Below, in pieces: positions 13,443-25,000 of a stretch of DNA of 64,000 nt. The translations under genes were made by a program, and so were the position numbers. The stretch is from Monocercomonoides exilis PA203 (lineage: Eukaryota; Protista; Preaxostyla). Numbering within the stretch: position 1 is the first letter of the stretch; each line of letters starts with the position of its first letter. Below the pieces are notes generated by a model. That model made no database searches. It was not told the origin of the DNA and saw only the letters and a list, made by a program, of their open reading frames with translations. Location: assembly GCA_001643675.2 (NCBI GenBank), contig LSRY02000032.1, forward strand, positions 806,001 to 870,000, given 5' to 3'.

Positions 13443-13805
13443 GGTGTGTGCATAAACCCGCACTTGAGAAAAAACCTGCACACTTGACATTCTCTTTCGA
13501 GATACTCATCTTCTTTCGTATATTTGATAGCGTTTTGCATTTAAATGCAACCAGTGACTTTTATTTGTCCAATATTTACTATTTCGATAGAAAAATTAAA
13601 AACAATAATTTTTGATCTTTTTGATTTGTTGATAAAAGTTTTTTATTGTTGAATTTTTCTATTGAAATAGTAAATATTGGACAAATAAAAGTCACTGGTT
13701 GCATTTAAATGCAAAACGCTATCAAATATACGAAAGAAGATGAGTATCTCGAAAGAAAATGTCAAGTGTGCAGGTTTTTGCACAAGTGCGGGTTTTGCAC
13801 ACAAC
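13443..13805. mobile_element. Fold-back / MITE-like element with ~160-bp near-perfect inverted arms and a 34-nt spacer
   Basis: 13445-13608 is the reverse complement of 13643-13803, with a 93-bp perfect core (13493-13585) and only a few mismatches/indels. There is no convincing coding capacity. The inverted repeat is certain; the mobile-element identity is inferred. Confidence 0.75.
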
Positions 13806-14121
13806 TATAAGAATGATAATTTGAAATTGAAAACATTAATAACTTTTGTTCAAAGACAAACAACATTTAAAAAAAAACTCATATTTTTAACTTTAAAAAA
13901 ACAAACGCGAAACAATTATTAAAAAAAAATATAACTTTTGTTAACTTTTAGGAAAAATTCCAATATTTTGTTTGAAAATAACCCATGTTTTTAATTAAAG
14001 ATAAAACCATATTTTTGAAGTTTATTTTTGGACATTAGTTAGTCATTTTGGTTTTTATTGTATTTTTTGCAATAATAATTAAATTTTAATTAAAAAAATT
14101 CACTATCACTATGAGAATTAT

Positions 14122-14651
14122 TATGACTAAATTAAGTTATTCTTTTTGAAAAGTCCCATATGTTTGATTTTCAAATGAAATAAAAATGTTATATTTTGAT
14201 AAAATTATTGTTCGCACTCATAAATCAACTCTTTTATATTTGTGTGATTATTTTTGAAATCATATCTTTTTTCGGGGTGTTGATATTAAAGCCGTCCAAT
14301 GTTTTTTGAAAATAAAATTTTCAAACAAATGAAAAAATTATAATCAATGTACCATCAGCCAATGCCTGAGATAAAAGCAAGAGAAAAAATATCTATAAAA
14401 TTGCATTATTCCTTTTCAGCGAACATTCCGAACGTTCGAAACTAATTTTCAAATCAAAAAATCAGACTTAAATAATATGGTTACAAAAATAATCACCCAT
14501 TTCAAACGGAAAAATCAAGAAATATATTCAAAATTTAGGGAAGTTTCGTGAATGTGAATATTAAAAATTGATAAAGAAATGAAATGTTTATTTCAATTGA
14601 AAATAAAACATTTGCGACTTTTCAAAAAGAATAACACAATTTAATAACATG
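14122..14651. mobile_element. Degenerate fold-back / MITE-like element (family B)
   Basis: Left arm GTTATTCTTTTTGAAAAGTCCCATATGTTTGATTTTCAAATGAAATAAA (~14136) matches the reverse complement of ~14590-14637 (GTTATTCTTTTTGAAAAGTCGCAAATGTTTTATTTTCAATTGAAATAAA). A second inner match is TGTGTGATTATTTTTGAAATCATAT (~14241) vs TGGGTGATTATTTTTGTAACCATAT (rc of ~14475-14499). Confidence 0.6.
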
Positions 14652-15237
14652 AAAAAGAATTTGAAGTATTTCAATGGTCAATATTTATTTAACCGTTTTC
14701 AACATCAAAAGATTCGCTCATAATCGCATTATAGTTTTCGAAAACCTTTATTTTTTTAAGTTTTGTCTAATATAAAGAAAAATCAAATACATCTTTTTCA
14801 AAAAGATGAAATTTTAATAATAATGAGTTGATTTGTTAATGCAAATCTTTTTCATTTAAAAGAAATTTATTTTATACAAAAGAATTATCATTTATCATAA
14901 TTTAATTGGTATGTTGAAGAAAAAGAAAACTGCAAAATTCAAGAACAGATCAAGAATGTACTTTTATTTAAAACTCAAACATTTCTCATTTTTTTCTTCG
15001 AGAAATTTTGACTTTTTTTTATTATTCCATAAAAACACTAAATAAAATGAAAGAAATGCCGAAAGGAAATATTGAAAAAAATTATCAATTTTTGTCATTC
15101 TTCAGAAATTTCCCCCAAATGCTTAAAAAACAAATTTACAAAATTGTTTTTTTATCAAAAATAGCCCTGGGTGACGTGCTGGCTTCTAACGTGCACTTTT
15201 TGATTTTTGACGGATGTATTAAAATTATCAACGTCAC

Positions 15238-15241
<4 letters not shown>

Positions 15242-15269
<28 letters not shown>
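15242..15269 (+). repeat. A28 homopolymer upstream of the TmcB-like gene
   Basis: 28 consecutive A residues read directly from the sequence. Confidence 0.9.
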
Positions 15270-15270
<1 letters not shown>

Positions 15271-15488
15271 AAAAAGTTTTTGTTATTTTGATGTGTTTGA
15301 AATCCTGAAAAAAAAATATTGATTCATAACATACATGCAGGATTAACATGTCTGATAAAGAACCTCTTCTCACTTGTTCCCATAGAATTATGAAAAAATA
15401 TCCTGATAAAAAATATATTATAAAATAAGATCAAATAGTTTCTTTTTAGAAAGAAAAAATTTGTGTATTCTGTTAAAATTACAAATCG

Positions 15489-18400
15489 ATGTCTGATGAT
15501 AGTAAGTCGTATAGTTCTACTTCAAGTGGCTCCATGATTGAGTTTACACAGGCTGAAGGACTAGGGAAATTTGATGAAATATTTTTTTCAGTGTTTTCAC
15601 CTTTGTATAACCAAACAAAACACCCAAACAATTTCCTGCATGTATCCATATGGGTATTCATGATTATCCAAATGGTAACTCTGGGCATGTTTAGAGTTGA
15701 CATGACTTCTCAAACCGTAAATCTGATTTCATCTGTGTGCTCTTTAGCTATTTTCTGAACTTTAATTTTTATAATTTTATAAAATGCTTCTATTTTATGA
15801 TAATATTTTTAAATTTTATTTGAATTAAAATTGCTTTTTCTTAAACAGTACATTTGCTATCCTGATGGAACATCCCTAAGCTATTTAGCAGGAACATATG
15901 TATCATACATTACGATGGGCATATATGCTTACATAGTTATTCTTACTGCGTATTTAGCAGTTGTCGCTATATTTTATCGTTCGATTGCTGGATCACAACC
16001 TTGGATTATTGATCTTTTGCGTTGGATCACAAATGCAACATTTTCAGTTTTATTTATTCCAATAGTTACATTTAGCATAACGACATTTGATTGCTTTGAA
16101 TTAGGGGGACAACAAATACATCGTTCATCCAATGAAGCTTGTTTTAGTGATGCAATATCATTAAGTGGAATTATTATTGGAATTATTGGATTGGCATATT
16201 TTTTGGCAGTAACTTTTTTTTTGAAAAGCATGATTTTCGAGCATCATCCCAAACATGGAGGGCTGTGGTCATCTCCAAGTGGAACATGGCAAGCAGTTGA
16301 ATCGTGCATGATTTATGGATGCGTATTTGCAATGCGTATGCTTTATGCTTGGCCGTTTTGGCGCGGGGTGGTTACAGTTGGAACATCACTAGGGATTATT
16401 CTTTATTTTATTTTGAAGCAGCCAATCTATAAGCTCCCCGGAAACATACTGAGAGCAAGCTCATGGTGTATTTTTGGGTGTGTGCGACTGTTTGGAGAGA
16501 TTGGATATGCCATTGAAGGAGCAATAGGGCATTGGGTTGTTTCACTATCACTTCAGATATTTGGTTTGATAGTGGGAATTGTGCTAAGTGCAGCTGTTCT
16601 ACCAAAAATAGCTCATAAAATCAGAGAGAGTAAATATCTATTAGCATCAACAGGAAACCCCTTGATTGACATACACTTTGAAAACATATCAACTGCGTTT
16701 CCAAATATGAACAATCCAGAAAGAATTGAACCTTCTCTGCGATTTGTCCAGATAGACTCGTTTCGCTCTCAGGACCATTTGTCATTTGCGGAATATATTT
16801 ATACCCAAGGAATCAAAGCCAACAAAAACAATGGAGAGCTGTATTATCTGTACGCGTCTTTCTTACAGGCCTATCGAAAGAACTACATGAAGTCACAACC
16901 TCTTCTTCGGAAGGCGCGCTCATTGTCGCCCGGGTTCTTTCTCCGGTTTGTATTACATTGCAAATCCAAGGAATGCAACACCAGCGAAGGTGGGGATGCT
17001 AACAGAGGCCGAATGAGCGAGCTTACATCACTTACGTTTGTATCGCTGATATCAAAGGCAGAAAACGGATATGACAGAGCAGTGACTGCCTTGAAAGAGT
17101 TCTTTGAGAACATTACATCGTCACAGCCTGACTACAAATCGATGCTCAGATTGCTGAACGAAATTGTGAAGAACGAGAGCATCTCGCGCAAAAGCTACGA
17201 GGAGCTTTTGGCGACACACGGACAAAGCACAAAAGTACTGAGGAACTACGCACGATTGCTTCTGGATATCTACCACGACGAAGACTCAGCTGAGATGATT
17301 CTGAACAGAGCTGATCTGATCGAAGAAGATGGCACAAGCATGGCAGAGCCTGCTGTAATGGCAGGCTTTTCGACGGATATGGAAATACTGTCTAATCCAA
17401 TTGAAGTGGATGTACCTGGCTTTGGAAAGAAAATCGGGACAGCGAGAAATAACGATGAACGCAGAGAATATAGAGAAAATGATGGAGCAAACGTCTCGCA
17501 ATCTTCAAAGGACGATACATGCGCCAATACACAAAACGAGAATGAAAAAAACAGCAAACAAGCGGAGGGAAATGAAAATACAGCACCTTTCACGAATTAC
17601 TTCTCGAACGAGCAGTACAAAGCATTCGATGCGCAAAACGCCACAACTGCCTCTGATCCACAATGGAACCAGCAGCAAGACGAAGGCACGAAGAAAGGAA
17701 GGATACAGAACTCTAAAGCGATTAGGCGCAAGAGGAGAAACAAGAAGAAGAAGAAGAAGAAGGAAGCACTTTTATCTGACATGTCGATAAATATTGGAAC
17801 CTCGACGAACGATGAATCCGACAAACAGACATCAATACTGATATGCACATTTGGTACCTTATATTTTATGGCTGTAGCCGCCCTGATTATAACGCTGGTG
17901 GTGTATCTAACAATGTCAGAGACATACAAGCACGATCTCGACACTCTTCGAGAAATCTGCGACTTGTCGTATTTTACTGCTCGCTCAGGCTCCTTGGGAT
18001 ACAACTACTTCATTTACGACATTCGCTTTAATTTCTCTGCTCAGGTTCTGGTGGACCAGTGGGAGCCGACGCTGACGCGGAAGGTTGTGGTGCAGCAGAT
18101 GCTGTCAGAGAATGCAGAACGGCTGACGACGATGCTCGGAAAAGTGCACGATACGACAACAAACATGGAGCCGTGGGAGGTCTCGAACATCAACACTTAT
18201 GTCTTCTCCTTTACGACAAAGTTCGAGACCCAGCCAAGCGGTGTTGTGGAAGAAGTTATCAAAGAAAAGATTCAGGTGCTGAAAGTGTCGTCGATGCTTG
18301 AGGTGATTGCAACGATGTCTCAAATGTGCCGCTATTTGTCTGAGACAGACATGCTTTCGCGTCCAACTGAACCAGACTACCTGAATGACATTCAGTACTT

Positions 18401-21326
18401 GTCGTTCAATGCACTTGTCCCTGTTTTGGACGGAGCAAAGCGAGTGATTGTGTCTTATTACGATCTGATGAACGAAAATTGCGATCAAATCATTTTAGTC
18501 TTTTTGCTTTTGGTTACTCTCACAATCGTTCCACTGACTGTGCTTAAAATGTATTTGCTCATTTATTTTACACTCAAATCTGTCAAAGAAAGACAGCGTG
18601 CATACCACGCAATGCTGGATGTCCCCAAGAGCAAGATGCAAGGAGCCATTCGATACTTGCTGAGTGATGAAGACAACGACGACTACGACATACTTAGTCA
18701 GATGTCGCAGATGAACAATGCTTCGAAACAGTCAGACAGCTTTGCCAACAACGAGGACGAGATGTGGACAGGCAAATCGGCTTCTGATTCTGCCGCAGAA
18801 GCTTCAGAAGAAGGTGAAATGAACGACAATAGCAAATTCTCTGCCAATAATCAAATAGCAAGTGATGCGAAGTTCTCAAACGACAATGCTGCTTTGAAGG
18901 CACCTGCCTCGTACACACCAAGCTCCAACAGCAACGGTCGTCCCCAAAGCTCCTCTATTCTCACGTTCTCTCAAATGCCTTCAATCAGCGATGAAAACCT
19001 CAATGTTCAGTCAACGATGCTACCAAACCCTGTTGCCATGTTCCCCAATGGTGGAAGTACATCGCCTCAGCCTTATGCTAATGGCATTGCACAACCTTCA
19101 ACCGTGCCTCATATTTTGTCAAGTGTTGATCGGTCATATAGTGGAATCAGCTATTATTCTCAGAGCTCTGTCGACAACAAAGGAATGTTGTATAGCAGGA
19201 CAAGCCAACCGTCGTCTGTGCGGACAATTCTCAACGTGAGCGATGGAAGCAATAACAATAACAGCAACACTGGAACAGACTCAAACATACAAAGTGCTCG
19301 AAGCGCGTTGTTTCCGATGGATCAATCACGATTGGACACTGATTGGGCAGACAGAATGAATGTGATGACGAAGTTGAGTGCAAGAGACAGTGGAGTGTTC
19401 AACGAGGCTGGCGGATACAAATACAACAATCAGGCATTTGGTAAGGTGATGGATCCCTCTCAAATGATTATATCTCCAAATCCCCAAAATTTGGGCGATG
19501 GCCAGCTTCCAAAACTAATGTTTGGATCATTGAATAATCAACAATTCACGAATCAAGGCACAGATTCAACAGGTTTTTCACAACAACTTATGACATCTCA
19601 GCTTCCATACAACATGATCAACATAACGCCCAATTCAGATTTATCCAATGGATTATATCCTTCTTCTTTTTCTCCAGACGGAGTTCTTATTGGATCTCCT
19701 CAAAACTCGATGGGGATGATGGGAATGGAGCCAATGATAAAGACTTTGCCAATGAACAGCGAATATTCAAAGTATGCGATGCCATCTGAGCAACAAGCGA
19801 ATATATCTCAACAGTCGGATTACATTCAAAAAACACAGAAAGACGATATCAATCAAGGCTCAAATAGATTTAGTTCTTTAGGAACAGCCTCGAGGCAGTA
19901 CATTTACGATGACGATGAAATGGAAAAGGAAAAGAAACTTGGAATTGTGCGAAATGCCATTGAGGATAACACTTGGGAGGAAGCAATGGAAAAAAGCATT
20001 GAGAAATTGGAGATTGCATATAAGCAGCTGCCGAGTCCTGTTACAATTCGAATGAAAATAAACATTGCACTTACGGCTGTGTTAGGCTTTGTGGTGACTG
20101 CGACACTGGTTGTGCTTGTGTTGGTGTATGAGACAAATTACAAGTCGACGTCAGCAAACATCATTTTGTCTGGAATGAGAGCATCCATTTTGTTCCAGAT
20201 CCAGTATCTGATGATGAACATCCTTCAGCCTATTCCATTGATAAGAACCAACCAGTCTGTCACATTTCCCCGCTCCGTGAATCCTGTTCTGTACAACTCT
20301 TCGCACTGTTCGGGCATGCAGAACGTGTCGCACGCGTTGCTTGTGCCCATTTCGCGATACTTCGAAGCCGTCCATCTGAAGTGCCATTTTGGCAATTCGC
20401 CTTACGGGAATTCAGGTGATCGCACGTACGACTCTATATCAGTGAATCGCCTGGGAACTGACATCAACCGCCACATGCTGCTTGAGGCTGCGTCCTGCTA
20501 TCACACAGGCATAAGCGACTGCTCCCAGCTGGATCCTTACAGAATGTATGGCGTGATAGGAACGATATACGGCCTAACAACTATTCTGGCCAGACTGCGA
20601 ATTAATGTGGAGAAGATCTCAAAAATGAATCTGAGTGATTTAACCCCAAATGTTACTGAAGCTCGTTTTGTAATGACGTCTCTGCGAAATGATGTTGTGG
20701 AAGGGATCAACCAGATGACAGATTCGATATTAGGAACAGGAAAAGCAGAAGTGGATGAATCAAGGGCAGTCATATCTGTTGTGATTGGTGTCTTTAGTGC
20801 TTTGTACATTATCTCATTCTTTGCAAATGGGTTGTCTTGGGCTGAAGAGAACAGATTTATTCGAAGCGTTTCCTTTAAGCTGCTTAAACTGCTACCAATC
20901 GATGCAGATGAAAAAGACATTATCATGATGCCTTCAATGAAGACAGAAAACGAAAAGTTTGATCGCTCAAGAGAACTCATTTTGGATGTTGCCCAGCAAC
21001 TTGTAACCGCAATAAAACAGTTTGAGAACTTCAGCGTGTTACGTTCGATGTATGAGCAGCTTTTGGCTACAGTGATGGCTGTGTTTGCAGAAGAAGAGAA
21101 AGAAATGGAGCGACTTTCTTATTCAGGCATCGAGAAGCACAAACGAGAGCATTTGCTGCTGAGACAGAGGCTGACTTTTATTGGAGATCATTTGCTGACA
21201 AAGAATGAAGTGGCTACTGCAATCAGTAAGAAATCTCTGATATCTCTTTTTGACATGCATTTTACTGATGAAGATATCCATTTTGCTGAAACTGTTTTCA
21301 AAGTTAAAGAGAAAACTATTGAATAA
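15489..21326 (+). CDS. TmcB/TmcC (tiny macrocysts)-like polytopic membrane protein with TPR region and C-terminal hemerythrin-like domain, ~1,907 aa
   Basis: Exon 15489-15734, intron GTGTGC..CAG at 15735-15848 (an in-frame alternative donor GTAAAT lies at 15717), exon 15849-21326. It has an N-terminal multi-TM block and TPR-like helices (LYYLYASFLQAYRKN; YEELLATHGQSTKVLRNYARLLLDIYHDEDSAEMILNRAD). Two TM-ectodomain-TM modules follow, then VFAEEEKEM...Y...HKREH...HFTDED at the C terminus. Confidence 0.75.
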
Positions 21327-22012
21327 AGTAATGAGCAATATTATCAGTGCCAAGCAGACGAGCCAAAAGCATCTGAAAGATTTTGATGAAGTTACTTTTG
21401 ATTTTGTTCTTATTTTTTCCGGTGAATACAAATTACCGCATGGCATGCAAAGGCATGACCAACCTTCGAATGCAAGAAGCAATTCAACGTTGTGCATTAT
21501 TTTTTTATAATTACAAAATGAATTGTTTTACTCTGCTATTTTAGAAATATAGTTATTTTTAATTTTATATTAGATTCAATTTTTTGCTTCTGTGTTTAAT
21601 TTTTAAAAGTTACGGTTTAAAATTTTCTTTTATTTTTTCTTTTATTGTTTTTTATGAAAGAGAAATAATAGGTTTATTAATCGAAACTTTTTTTCATTGA
21701 TTGTCTTTCTTTGATTTTAAATGTGATTCTTTTCTTGTTGAAGATTTTTTTTTATCGTTTTCCTAAATTTTATTGTTTTTAATTTTAATTTTTAAGTTAA
21801 TGCATTTTATTATGACTATTGACAACATTTCAATTTTTATTTTTTTTCTTTTATTTAATTGTTTTTACAATTATTTTACAACTGTTAGTCCTATTTTTAA
21901 AATAATAATTGATCTTATAGCATAATATTTTCTCTCTTTTTTTAAATAATTTATTTCTAGACGATACCAAATCCAAGCAACGAATAAACTTTGACCTACA
22001 TACACTCTAAAA

Positions 22013-25000
22013 ATGTCGCATCCTTTTTTATCATTTCTTAACCTGATGTGGGCTCGAACAGAAAAAGGAAATTCATTTTCTTTAGCGCGAATTCCACAAA
22101 CAGTTGTAATTTCGAATGGAATATTAACTGATTGGTATTTTTGCTCCTCTAAGGATGGTTCTTTAATGAAAAAGAATAAAGCGAACGTTACTGCAGAAGG
22201 AATTATAAACGCATTTACAAAAAATAAGCATGGAAGTGGAATTGTGGGTTATTTCGAGGGTGTAATCCAAGATTTTTCTTCAGGATCCAGTACATCCGTT
22301 ACTGATCGTATTTCATTTTTGAAGGAAGCGGATTTACGGAGATTACTGAAGAATCTTAATGGTGTTCATGGAATTTTACAAGAATTTATTGAACCACAGA
22401 GCAAGAAAAACACAACTATAACTGTTAGCTGGACACCGTCGTTATTTATATGTGAAGAAAAAGTTAATCTATATCTCCTTACAGATGAAATTGATGTTAA
22501 TGTGAAAGGAGTTACTTTTCAAGGGCCAGATTATTTTGTTCGGAGCTGCTTATTTGAAAGTGGGGGATATCGAAGAAGAATGACATTTATGTGTGAGGGA
22601 ATTGACAAGCATATTAGAGAAATTACAGATAATTCTCGAAGCGTTTTGCGAATGACGATTCAATTCAAAATAGATGGCAATCTAAAATTGTGGCTTATGT
22701 GGGTTTCATCGTTTGCACTACAGCAGCCAAGATTGGCAATCGGATCAACTTCAGCTTCATCGAGCTCTACTGCGGCTGAAAATAGTTCGACCCAAGCTGC
22801 TCAAATTACAACTCCTTCATCAAGTTCTCGGATGTCAGCAGATCAAACAAATGAAAAGGACGAGAAAGCTGTTCGCGAACGGAAAGTACCTGCGATGCCT
22901 ATGAATAAGGCAAAACCGCGAGCGAGAATTCCGGAAAAGCTGCCTCAAGCTTCAACGGCTCGAACCGGGTATGTGTTTGAGGGAAGAATGAGACAAGAAT
23001 TTATTGGAGAACAGTCTTTATTTGGAGGGGGAAGGGCCAAATCTACTGAACCTTCAAGGGGAATAAGCAGAGAGAATAGCGGAAAAAAGAAAGATATGCG
23101 CACGCGGGAGTATCCTGGAGGAAGCATCGAAAGAGAAACAATCAAAGTCAAGGCCAAGAAACGATCTGACATAAGCTCAGAGAAGAAGAGACCTGCCACA
23201 ACAGGAGCAGTAACAAAAGCGCAATTCGAAAGAGGAAGAAAAAGCGAAATAACTCCCGACGAAAACGAAGAGGATTATTCGATGTCTCATTCACAGAAGC
23301 GCCAGAGGCCGGCCACACATGCTGCAGACATGAGCCATCTGCACAAGTCGCCCAGCAGCGACTGGAGTTTGAAGCGAAGTCTGCTTGCGTCGCCTGTCAG
23401 GCTGTGCTCGTCGCTGCATCTGAAAGCGTCGCAGGAAAGGCAGCTGTTGTATTTGATGACGGAGCGGGCACGCAGCCAGCGAAGTTTGAAAACGCCTGAT
23501 AATCAGAGTTCTTTGAGCCAGATGAGAACTTTGGAGATGTCGAACGAAGGAATGACAGGAAGAAATACAGAGATATACGAAACGATAGAAATTAACGAAG
23601 AAAATGTTTTGAATGAAGAACACAGTAAAGATGGATACGAACAAAAAGTGAATGAAAGAGAATTTAAACTTGCTGAGACCGAAGCAAAGACGACTGAAAG
23701 ACTTGGAAGTGAAGAGCCTGTTGTGTTTGAGAGGAATTTCTATATGCGTCCAAAAGAAGAAGATGAAATGAGAATGGATGAGCCAGAGTCTGCAACGCGT
23801 AATGAAGGAGAAAGAGAAAGAGAAGGAATTGAGAGAACCACGTCTGCTGATGAAACAACTGAAAATGGGCAGGAAGCTAACAGATACACTTCTCATTCGA
23901 TGGAGCGCAGAAGATTGAATGTTGTGTTTGCATCAACTTCACCTGAAACAGAAAGCGGATCGTGTGATGATATTCCTCAACAATATGTCCAATACAAGCA
24001 GAGGAGAAGGAAAGCACTTGCACGGCGCAGCAAAAGCGGAGCGCGAGGAAGGCAAAGAAGCAGGCCTCGAAAGAGGGTTGTTAATGAAGAAGCACTTCTT
24101 GCACATTTAAGTGAACTGAGCAAGCCGAAGAGCGTTGTGATTGGAACGACCAAAGGAAGAATGATGGAAAAAGCAGAGCGAGAAAAAGAAAAAGAAAAGG
24201 AAAGAAATGCAAAATTTGAAAATGATGAACAAGATGAAGAGATTGAAGGAGAAAATGCAGAACAAAAGGATATCAAGCCACACGATCATCAAGATGCATG
24301 GGCATTAAGTGAGGATGAAGAATACGAGGCGCAACGTACATCGCAACAAGCAAAACAAGGCCATTCAGCCAATCCGAAGTCTTCTTCGAAAGGAGCTGAC
24401 AACGCAGCTCCAGCTGTTGTTCTGACAGAGGCCGAAAGGAAGCGAAGAGAGGCACGAAACAGAATGGCAGCGAACTTTTTGTGCTGCCGGAAAGATCCGT
24501 ATGAAACAGCATTTGCAGCGGAGTCTCAGGCGCAGAAGCGAATGAGAGAGGCAGAACGGAAAAGAAGAGCGGAGAAAGAGAAAGAGAAGAAGAAGGAAAT
24601 GGAAAGACAGAAAAAGGAAAGAGAGAAGTTCATTGAGCAAATCAACAAAGAGAAGGAGCAGCAGAAAGTGCTGGAGGAAAGACAGAAAACAAAAGAAAAG
24701 GAAAAAGGAGTTCCAAAGAAAAGCAATCAGAAGGGTTCCAATGAAGAAAAATCAGAAGAAATTGAAAGAGAAGAAGAAGAAAAGCCCAGAGAGAGACAAT
24801 TTCAGAGTGGATGCTCAAATGAAAGAGAGGTGCAATCAAAGAAGAAATCAGAATTGGACTCAAATGAAATATCACCCACGAAATTCAGATCTGTCTCGTG
24901 TTCTGGCAGTCGCTTGGATACTCCAACACGCACACGCAATTTCAGCGCACCAAAACGCGAAGCGCAGGTAGAAACAAAGAAAGCGAGTGCTTCAGCAGCG

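Noticed and set aside
13740-15373. Short ORFs at 13740-13922, 15008-15322 and 15155-15373
   Set aside because: They overlap an inverted-repeat arm or the A28 tract, have AT-driven K/F/I composition, and show no transposase motifs.
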